A stretch of DNA of 64,000 nt from positions 6,728 through 70,727 of the forward strand of contig DVLB01000027.1 of assembly GCA_018715695.1 (NCBI GenBank). Reading direction: 5' to 3'. The notes below the pieces were generated by a model. That model made no database searches. It had not been told where the DNA came from and saw only the letters and a list, made by a program, of their open reading frames with translations. This document shows positions 54,267-62,677 of this stretch, piece by piece; positions within the stretch are counted from its first letter, which is position 1, and each line of letters begins with the position of its first letter. The stretch is from Candidatus Galloscillospira stercoripullorum. GTDB lineage: Bacteria > Bacillota > Clostridia > Oscillospirales > Oscillospiraceae. A program made the translations under genes and the position numbers.

Positions 54267-54798
54267 TAACCCCGGTTTTCTGCTCGGCGGTGCCTCTTGC
54301 TCCGCTGTCCTTACCGCCGAAACCGTCACCCTCAGCGGGAACTATTACCGCTATGACATTCACAAACGGCGCAAGGTGTCCGGGACTGTCACGGTGGACT
54401 TGCTCAATGTGCTTCGGGTGGGGCTTACCAAAACCTATTCCCGCCTAATGCTGGCCGTCCCAATGTGTTTCGGTTTCGCCGCTTTAGGCATCAAGGCCAT
54501 TCCCTCTGTCGAGGTAAAAAAGACCCTTTTGGAAATTCCAGATGTTTGGAGCTTCTCCCCTGGCGTTACATTCTGGAGCCTGCCCCACCAGGATTTCCTG
54601 TGGAAGCTGTGCGCCGTGCTGTGCCTGCTCACCATCCCCCTGTACTGGTTGAGCTACCGCAACGATTTGGAGGTCAACACCACCCAGGGCCGCTATCTGC
54701 TGCCCCAGAAAGGAATGGACGCGGCACAGATCGCCAGCTTCCAGCGAGAGTTTACGCAAGCAAAAATAGCTCGACAGAAGCAGAGCAAGCGTATATAA
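54250..54798 (+). CDS. Membrane protein, paralog 3 (same split architecture)
   Basis: 17-nt overlap with paralog 2. AVLTAETVTLSGNYYRY, then TM helices, then LEVNTTQGRYLLPQKGMDAAQIASFQREFTQ. Confidence 0.7.
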   Translation: MTQMGNNPGFLLGGASCSAVLTAETVTLSGNYYRYDIHKRRKVSGTVTVDLLNVLRVGLTKTYSRLMLAVPMCFGFAALGIKAIPSVEVKKTLLEIPDVWSFSPGVTFWSLPHQDFLWKLCAVLCLLTIPLYWLSYRNDLEVNTTQGRYLLPQKGMDAAQIASFQREFTQAKIARQKQSKRI

Positions 54799-54807
54799 TT
54801 CAAAAAG

Positions 54808-54843
54808 GCGGACGGTCAAAGGGCCGTCCGCCACTTGTTTTTG
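54808..54843 (+). terminator. Terminator after the three-gene membrane cassette
   Basis: GGCGGACGG-N8-CCGTCCGCC followed by ACTTGTTTTT. Confidence 0.7.
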
Positions 54844-54855
54844 AGGAGAGGTTAT

Positions 54856-55902
54856 ATGAAAAAAGGCTCCAAAAAGATGCGTCCAGAAATTAAGCAGCCG
54901 ATTTATTATGAAATAGACTGGGGTCGAGCTGGTGTACACTATATCCCGTTGAATAACGGCACCTTTGGCCTAAGTGACATAACCGACGGAATAAAGCATC
55001 TGTTAGAGGACCACAGCTATAAAATATCTGATTTGGTAAAGGCATTTGTTTCCTGGAAAGAAAAGAACGGTTTATTGGTGCAGGACGTACCTAGTGAGGA
55101 TACAAGTCTAAGGCGCTATCTTAACAATAAAATCGTTATGCCAATGGAGGTGATGATTGATGTGTTTTGCGTTTTAGATAACTTGGGTAAGCAACTCCCG
55201 GAAGAAGAATCTGTTAAATATTTTGAAACGCTTTGCAAATTGCATAAAATGGCGGCTCAATACCAGTGGGAAACGAATTATTTTAACGAAAAACTTGAGA
55301 ATCTTCTTGAACAGCTAAATGAGTTAGATGCTGATGATATTATCCGTTTTTTGCGGTCTTTTGAATTACTGTCACTGGGGGAAGAAACTTGGTGTTTCTG
55401 GCTTTGTTATGCTACATTGCCTAGAGAAATGAGGGAAGAAACTGAACAGGTCTTATGCCGGTGTACGACACCGCATACATTCCATCGGTTGTTCTCCCGA
55501 TATCATTTCTATGCAGAGGAAGCCCATGTACTGGACGAAAAAATACTGAGAGCGAAAAGGGCTGCCCAGGAAAATCAAGAGGCGCTGAAAAAGCGCCTGG
55601 TCAGCATGGCTCGGGAAACATTTAACAGAGTTCCTAAAACCGATAGCGCCCTAAAACGAATATGTGAGATTATCAATTTGGCACTTCATTTAGACAGTGG
55701 CGATTGGATGGTGCTGCTAATGTATGAGTACACGGAAGATTGCAAATCCGCCATAGAGTTTGTATTGTCAGCTATGGAGACCCCAACCAATTACAAAAGT
55801 AAATGTCCGGAAGAAGTGGTGCGCTCCTTCAAAGAACGTCTTGTCGAACAGGTAGACCGGCGAGAGCAAGCAGAGTTAGAAATGATGTTTTTGGATGATT
55901 AA
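54856..55902 (+). CDS. Cytoplasmic all-helical protein with a degenerate XRE-like HTH near the N-terminus (hypothetical regulator)
   Basis: GAGGAGAGG lies 5 nt before the ATG at 54856. SLRRYLNNKIVMPMEVMIDVFCVL resembles the second half of an XRE HTH. It occupies the most A+T-rich stretch of the window. Confidence 0.7.
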   Translation: MKKGSKKMRPEIKQPIYYEIDWGRAGVHYIPLNNGTFGLSDITDGIKHLLEDHSYKISDLVKAFVSWKEKNGLLVQDVPSEDTSLRRYLNNKIVMPMEVMIDVFCVLDNLGKQLPEEESVKYFETLCKLHKMAAQYQWETNYFNEKLENLLEQLNELDADDIIRFLRSFELLSLGEETWCFWLCYATLPREMREETEQVLCRCTTPHTFHRLFSRYHFYAEEAHVLDEKILRAKRAAQENQEALKKRLVSMARETFNRVPKTDSALKRICEIINLALHLDSGDWMVLLMYEYTEDCKSAIEFVLSAMETPTNYKSKCPEEVVRSFKERLVEQVDRREQAELEMMFLDD

Positions 55903-55925
55903 GCGTAAGTAAATACCCATAAAAA

Positions 55926-55961
55926 CGGCTGGTGTTCAAAAGATGACACCAGCCGCTTTTA
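55926..55961 (+). terminator. Terminator after the helical-protein gene
   Basis: CGGCTGGTGT-N10-ACACCAGCCG followed by CTTTT. Confidence 0.65.
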
Positions 55962-56119
55962 TCAGCAATAATGCGGACAGTACAAATGATTGTTGCTTTT
56001 GACGATGTTTTTTACTTATGGCAGAATATCATCATAGGGACGCCTATTTGAAATATAGCCGCCGCCTTTGGGGTCGCGACCTGGGGGACGGTGGACACAA
56101 TTAAGAAGAAGGTAATACC

Positions 56120-56497
56120 ATGGCAAAATTCAATATTTCTTTGACCTGTGAACAGGCAACCGGTACCGCTACCCCCTTTCTTGTCGGGGTGTCGGAGGAC
56201 TGGGAATGGATAGATGGCCCGGACGGTAAGCGCCATCCCGGCTCTACGATTGGGACCCGTTACACCGTCCTCATGCTCCAGAGCGAGTGTGCCCCGCTGG
56301 TCGTGAAGACCCCGGAGACCACCCCGGCCGTGAGCGCCGAGGAAGTGGCTGCGGCCTGTTTGTCCGGAAATTTTATCCGGGTCCGATTCGAGGGTTTCAC
56401 GGCCAGCCCCTACCAGGGCAGGAACGGCCTGGGCATCAGCGCCAACGCTGAGAAGTGCATGGTCGTGACCCCTGCGGCTAACACTTCCAAGACCTAA
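56120..56497 (+). CDS. Small soluble protein (hypothetical), first gene of the transfer/replication block
   Basis: 125-aa ORF with a moderate RBS (GAAGAAGG). It looks beta-rich and no family was recognised. Confidence 0.6.
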   Translation: MAKFNISLTCEQATGTATPFLVGVSEDWEWIDGPDGKRHPGSTIGTRYTVLMLQSECAPLVVKTPETTPAVSAEEVAAACLSGNFIRVRFEGFTASPYQGRNGLGISANAEKCMVVTPAANTSKT

Positions 56498-56541
56498 CCA
56501 ACTCATAACCAGCGGCCCCGGCAGGGTCGGGGCCGCCCTCA

Positions 56542-57336
56542 TTGTTAATAAAGGAGATGAATACTATTAAAACTTTAATTGCTTTCTTTGCTGCGCTTGC
56601 ATCTCCGCTGATCAGTCAGTGGACCAAGTGTGGCCAAGCCATTGAGGACCGGGACCCCCTGGGGGCTGTGTTTCATTTCCTCCTGGTGGTCCTTTATATC
56701 GGTGGGCTGAGCGCCGCTGCCTGCGGGCTTGTGGCTCTGGTCTGCGAGTTCTGGTTTTATCTGATTATCCCCATCCTTATCGTCTGGCTTATCCTGTATT
56801 ATGCCGGGAAGAAGCCACAGACCCCGCCTCCCCCGCCTCCACCTCCCCCGCCTCCGGGGATTGAGGAAGTGCGTGCCCGGGCGGAGCGGGCTTATCCGCT
56901 CATGCAGCAGGCAGTTTATCTCCTGTTTACTGACCTGTGCCGCTACCTGCCCGGCCTTGTGTCCCCCTTTTCCCTGTCGGCGGTGACAGCCCCGGTGAAT
57001 TTTGACATTACCGCCAGCCTCGTCACAAGGTTTCACTTTGTACTCTCCAAAGGCCAGTGCAGCGCACCCGTCAGTGATGTAAAGGATATCCTGGACAACA
57101 TTATCTTCCAGCGTCTCCGTGTCCAGGACCTGCCCATCTCTATTCCGGCTATTTACACTGCGGCGGACGGCAGCACCTGGCCCGGGTTGGTTGTGGACGG
57201 TGTCTTTGACTTGGGCAATCAGTACCGGGTGGATTTGGTCATCACCAACGAGGCCGAGGTGGCCGCCCTCCGGGCCAAGGGCCTATCCTGGTCCGAGGAC
57301 GACGAGGCCGCCGACCCCCAGGACCCGGACCTTTAA
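56542..57336 (+). CDS. Membrane protein with a 12-residue polyproline tract (hypothetical)
   Basis: Three N-terminal TM helices, PPPPPPPPPPPP, a soluble C-terminal domain and an acidic tail. The start is ambiguous (TTG 56542 or ATG 56557). Confidence 0.65.
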   Translation: MLIKEMNTIKTLIAFFAALASPLISQWTKCGQAIEDRDPLGAVFHFLLVVLYIGGLSAAACGLVALVCEFWFYLIIPILIVWLILYYAGKKPQTPPPPPPPPPPPGIEEVRARAERAYPLMQQAVYLLFTDLCRYLPGLVSPFSLSAVTAPVNFDITASLVTRFHFVLSKGQCSAPVSDVKDILDNIIFQRLRVQDLPISIPAIYTAADGSTWPGLVVDGVFDLGNQYRVDLVITNEAEVAALRAKGLSWSEDDEAADPQDPDL

Positions 57337-57341
57337 TCGTC

Positions 57342-58058
57342 ATGCTGATTGGATATGAGTATAACGCCTACCGGCTGGGTGTGGCGCTGGGGGTCCACTG
57401 GACCCCTGGCCCCACGGCCCCGCCCCATTGGCTGGTCGTTGGTCCAAGCGGAACGGGGAAAACGGTGTTTTCTGGCCAGCTTGCAGCCCGCATGGTGCTG
57501 CGGGAAAATGCCCGTCTGTGGATAGTCAACTACAAGGACGATGATTTTTTCCAATTTCTCCAAGAGGTACAGGGGCGGTATTACCGATTCCGGGACGCGG
57601 CCAACGGCATACGGGATTTTTATACCGTCCTGGAGAACAGGCTGGGTGGAGACCCGGACCGCTCCCTATGCCTGCTGTGGGTGGACGAGCTGGCAGCTAT
57701 GGTAACGGGCCTGGACAAGAAGGAGGGGGAACTTGCGAAGTCCGCTGTGGCCTCCATCCTCCAAACCGGCCGCTCCCTCAACTGTCAGCTGCTGGTCAGC
57801 GTCCAGCGGGCGGACAGCGCTTACTTCAACAACGGAGCGAGAGAGAATTTTGGGAATGTGGTGTTCCTGGGTCCCAATATCACAAAGGAGGCAGCGGGGA
57901 TGTTTGGGATAGACCGGGCAGCTCTGCCCTCTGTGACCGGGCGGGCAGGATACTACATCGTCAACGGCAACAGCGAAGCAATCCGCCCCATCCAGTGCCC
58001 CATCATCAAGGACACCGCCAAGCTGAAAGAGGCCCTTTCGTTGGGGTTGACGAGGTGA
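57342..58058 (+). CDS. Short FtsK/SpoIIIE-family DNA-translocase-like ATPase
   Basis: Walker A GPSGTGKT, Walker B LLWVDELA, and TGRSLNCQLLVSVQRAD, which matches the FtsK QRP-type motif. Confidence 0.8.
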   Translation: MLIGYEYNAYRLGVALGVHWTPGPTAPPHWLVVGPSGTGKTVFSGQLAARMVLRENARLWIVNYKDDDFFQFLQEVQGRYYRFRDAANGIRDFYTVLENRLGGDPDRSLCLLWVDELAAMVTGLDKKEGELAKSAVASILQTGRSLNCQLLVSVQRADSAYFNNGARENFGNVVFLGPNITKEAAGMFGIDRAALPSVTGRAGYYIVNGNSEAIRPIQCPIIKDTAKLKEALSLGLTR

Positions 58059-58120
58059 CAAGCTGGGAGCGGCGGCGGAGCCGTAGGCGGAAGCCGCCGC
58101 TCCTGTTAACTTGATTCTTT

Positions 58121-59059
58121 ATGAACATTAGCAGAATGGCAAAACATGAGCGCCCACAGCCCAGGGACGATGTAACGGTAAAAGAGTGCGCAAACCTTGT
58201 TGAAGTGCGGTACAGCGTGAATACTCCCCCGGAAACGGTCATTCAAAAACTGACAGCAGACCTATACCTGGACAAACGGACGGGAGAAGTCAAGGCTTTC
58301 CGGCACACGGAAAACCGGGCAGAAGACAAGTCCAGCGTGGCGCAAAGTCTGTGCAGGCTGCGGGACCTCATCAACACCAATGTGACAGACCCGGACTGGG
58401 TTCTATGGGTAACGCTGACCTACCGGGAAAATATGCGTGACCCCTCCCGGCTGTATGAGGACTTCCGCCGCTACCGGCAGCGACTAAACTACTACCTGGA
58501 CAAACGGGGCCAGCCGAAATGTGAATACATAGCGGCAGCAGAGCCACAGGGCCGTGGGGCGTGGCACCTCCATTTGCTGCTCCTGTTTCCCGACAAGGCC
58601 CCATTCATTCCCAACACTGAAATGGCCCGTCTGTGGGGGCAGGGATTTACCAAGACCAAGAGCCTAAAGGGCGTGGATAACCCGGGCCTCTATCTGACCG
58701 CCTATCTGGGCGACATGGAACTGACCGAGGCGGTGACGGCTGGACAGTTCCAAGCGGCCCACATCCAGGAGAAGGCAGCGGGGAAAGCGGTGGTAAAAGG
58801 GGCGAGGCTACGGCTGTACCCCAGCGGATTCAACTTGTATCGCTGTTCCAGAGGGGTGAAGCGGCCACAAGTCATACAGATGACCGAGGGAGAGGCCCGC
58901 CAAGTCATCAGGGACGCCCCTCTTGTCTATGAAAAAACCATAGCGGTCTTGAATAACGAGGGTGAGACAGTGAACATCATCAACTACCGCCAGTACAACC
59001 GAGCCAGGGTCGAGGAAGAAACCGCCCCCGCCGTGGCATCAGGAAAGACAGAGGCATGA
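58121..59059 (+). CDS. HUH-type rolling-circle replication initiator / relaxase
   Basis: Motif order WVTLTY (motif 1), GAWHLHLLLLF (HUH) and GLYLTAYLGD (Tyr motif). Confidence 0.75.
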   Translation: MNISRMAKHERPQPRDDVTVKECANLVEVRYSVNTPPETVIQKLTADLYLDKRTGEVKAFRHTENRAEDKSSVAQSLCRLRDLINTNVTDPDWVLWVTLTYRENMRDPSRLYEDFRRYRQRLNYYLDKRGQPKCEYIAAAEPQGRGAWHLHLLLLFPDKAPFIPNTEMARLWGQGFTKTKSLKGVDNPGLYLTAYLGDMELTEAVTAGQFQAAHIQEKAAGKAVVKGARLRLYPSGFNLYRCSRGVKRPQVIQMTEGEARQVIRDAPLVYEKTIAVLNNEGETVNIINYRQYNRARVEEETAPAVASGKTEA

Positions 59060-59203
59060 GCTGTCCGGGAGACACCCAAAGAATAAAATCCGGCGGCAAG
59101 CGCCGCCCACCACTAACCCCATACAGATAGCCGTCGCAACGGCAACCGCTAAAAAGGAAATATCCTCCATATCAAGTAAAGGGTAAAACAAGGAGGCAGA
59201 ACT

Positions 59204-59398
59204 ATGAGTGACCAACAAGAACAAGACCGGGTATTGGTCGTGACCCCCATTATTTTTAAGGAGATAAGCGGGACGATATACGGCGTCTATGGCTATTTCA
59301 GCCCGGAGGCAAAGGAAACAGCGAGGGAGAAAATCAGACGGCTTTTGACGAAGGAGCCAGAGAGCAAAACACGGAAGAAAGTTGCAAAAATCATATAA
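59204..59398 (+). CDS. Small basic-tailed protein (hypothetical; possible recombination directionality factor)
   Basis: A strong RBS (AAGGAGG) lies 7 nt before the ATG. The 64-aa ORF sits immediately upstream of the recombinase. Confidence 0.6.
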   Translation: MSDQQEQDRVLVVTPIIFKEISGTIYGVYGYFSPEAKETAREKIRRLLTKEPESKTRKKVAKII

Positions 59399-59479
59399 AA
59401 TGCTGTACTTTTAGGCAGAAATAAGGTATAATATAGACATACCACAAGCCCGTTCTGCCACACAAAGGAGGTTAATTTC

Positions 59480-61144
59480 ATGTGGCAGTACGATACAATC
59501 AAAGGCAAATTTATCCCCGGCGAACTTCCCGCCGACGGTGCAAAAATCACTGCTTGCTATGACCGGCTGAGCCAGGAGGACGAGCAGGAGGGGGACAGCG
59601 GGTCCGTCGTTAATCAGCGGGACTTCCTGCGGAAATACTGCGTAGAGCATCATTTCCTCAATGTGCGGCACTTCTCAGACGATGGCTATACTGGGACGAA
59701 TTTTGACCGGCCCGGTTTCCAGGAGATGATGGACCTGGTGGAGCAGGGCCGTGTCTCCGCCGTCATTGTCAAGGACCATTCCCGGCTGGGTCGTAACCGC
59801 CTTCTGGTGGGCGCTCTCATGGAGCGGTTCACGGAGGATTACGGGGTGCGATATATCGCTGTGACGGACAACATCGACAGCGCAAAGGGCCTGGACGATA
59901 TGACGGCAGTGCGGGAGTTGTTTAATGAGTTTTACCCCCGTGACACCTCCAAGAAAATACGGGCGGTGTTCACCAGCAAGGGCAACAGCGGACAGAGGTT
60001 GTGTACTCAGGTCCCCTATGGCTACAAGGGCAATAAATACGGCTGGGAGGTAGACGAGGAAGCGGCCCAGGTGGTGCAAGAGATATTCAGCCTGTGTATG
60101 GCAGGGTTGGGTCCCATGCAGATCGCCAAGCGGCTGAAAACGGCGGGGGTGCTGACCCCCACGGCGTACAAGCTGGAAAAGGGCCTGTCCGTTACCCATA
60201 AGCCGACAGCGGACCCTTGCGGCTGGGACCATCGGGCGGTAGTGAAAATCCTGGAGCGCATGGAATACCTAGGCTGTACGGTGAACTTCAAGACCCGGAA
60301 GAAGTCATACAAGTCTAAAAAGACGCTGTACCTCCCCAAAGAGGAATGGAAGGTATTTCCCGACACTCACCCAGCTATTATAGACCAGGAAACATGGAAA
60401 CGGGTCCAGGAGCTGCGGAAGCACAAGCGCCGTCCCACTAAAGCGGGCAAGCGGGGTTTGTTCTCCGGGCTGGCCTATTGCGCCGACTGCATGAGCAAGC
60501 TGTATTTCTCCACCCACAAGGGGTCCACAGAGGACCAGGACCACTATGTATGCGCCAACTACAAGAGCAACACGGGCAGCTGCACCATCCACTATATCCG
60601 GGAAAAGGTACTGTCTGCCCTGGTGCTGGCCCACCTGCAAGCCACCCTTGCCTATGTCCAGGCGGACGAGGACGCTTTTACCCGTCTGGTGATGGAAAAG
60701 GACGCCCAGGAGCAGCGGCGGGATTTAGCCCGAAAGAAAGCAGAGCTGACCAAGGCGGAGAAGCGGGGCATGGAACTGGACGGGCTTTTCCAGCGGGTCT
60801 ATGAGGACCACGCCCTGGGTAAGCTGACAGAGGAGCGGTACAACCGCCTCTCCAGATCTTACGAGGCCGAACAGAGAGAGCTGGAGGCCAGAGTGGAAGA
60901 ACTGCGGCGGGACCTGGAAAAAGGCCAGGAGGAGGCCGTAAATGTGGCCCAATTCGTGGCGCTGGTGAAGAAATACACGGAGGTCCGGGAACTGACGCCC
61001 ACTATCGTCAATGAGTTTATCAAGATGGTGATTGTTCACGCTCCATCGAAGGTCAACGGCAGACGATTCCAGGCGGTGCAGGTCGTTTATAATCTGGTGG
61101 GTGAGGTCACGATACCCGACACCCAGAACAGAGAAACGGCGTAA
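59480..61144 (+). CDS. Large serine recombinase (TnpX/TndX-like)
   Basis: The N-terminal resolvase domain has the catalytic-Ser context ACYDRLSQED and VIVKDHSRLGRN. It also has a recombinase domain, a Cys-rich zinc ribbon (CADC...CANYKSNTGSC) and a coiled-coil C-terminus. Confidence 0.92.
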   Translation: MWQYDTIKGKFIPGELPADGAKITACYDRLSQEDEQEGDSGSVVNQRDFLRKYCVEHHFLNVRHFSDDGYTGTNFDRPGFQEMMDLVEQGRVSAVIVKDHSRLGRNRLLVGALMERFTEDYGVRYIAVTDNIDSAKGLDDMTAVRELFNEFYPRDTSKKIRAVFTSKGNSGQRLCTQVPYGYKGNKYGWEVDEEAAQVVQEIFSLCMAGLGPMQIAKRLKTAGVLTPTAYKLEKGLSVTHKPTADPCGWDHRAVVKILERMEYLGCTVNFKTRKKSYKSKKTLYLPKEEWKVFPDTHPAIIDQETWKRVQELRKHKRRPTKAGKRGLFSGLAYCADCMSKLYFSTHKGSTEDQDHYVCANYKSNTGSCTIHYIREKVLSALVLAHLQATLAYVQADEDAFTRLVMEKDAQEQRRDLARKKAELTKAEKRGMELDGLFQRVYEDHALGKLTEERYNRLSRSYEAEQRELEARVEELRRDLEKGQEEAVNVAQFVALVKKYTEVRELTPTIVNEFIKMVIVHAPSKVNGRRFQAVQVVYNLVGEVTIPDTQNRETA

Positions 61145-61181
61145 CCCCGTAAGGTTACGCCGTTCTCTCCAAATATTGATA

Positions 61182-61219
61182 CTTCTTTATGGGACATGAC
61201 CCTTTGGCAGCGGCCCCTT
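61182..61219. other. attR: right terminal repeat of the element joined to a host hairpin arm (61206-61219)
   Basis: The reverse complement of 61182-61205, AAAGGGTCATGTCCCATAAAGAAG, pairs with the left end. GGCAGCGGCCCCTT is the exact complement of 52015-52028. Confidence 0.75.
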
Positions 61220-61235
61220 GTGGTATTGGGGAAGA

Positions 61236-62606
<1,371 letters not shown>

Positions 62607-62677
62607 TCACGCCCGCCGGGATCATATGGTAAGGGCCCCTTTCTCTCGATGGAGTGCCAAGGCCCGGATACCCGCTT

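Larger units (their letters stand above)
52029..61205. mobile_element. Integrative (mobilizable or conjugative) element of about 9.2 kb with a large serine recombinase, inserted in the eno terminator
   Basis: A split terminator hairpin flanks it, its termini share the imperfect inverted repeat TGTCCCATAA, its composition is richer in A+T, and it carries XRE, FtsK-like, HUH Rep and serine recombinase genes. The boundary is ambiguous only within the 3-4-nt T-run. Confidence 0.8.

Noticed and set aside
55943-56002. A 19-codon ORF (MTPAAFISNNADSTNDCCF) as a candidate signalling or lanthipeptide-like peptide.
   Set aside because: Its ATG lies in the loop of the terminator hairpin at 55926-55961, it has no RBS, and no modification or export genes are nearby.
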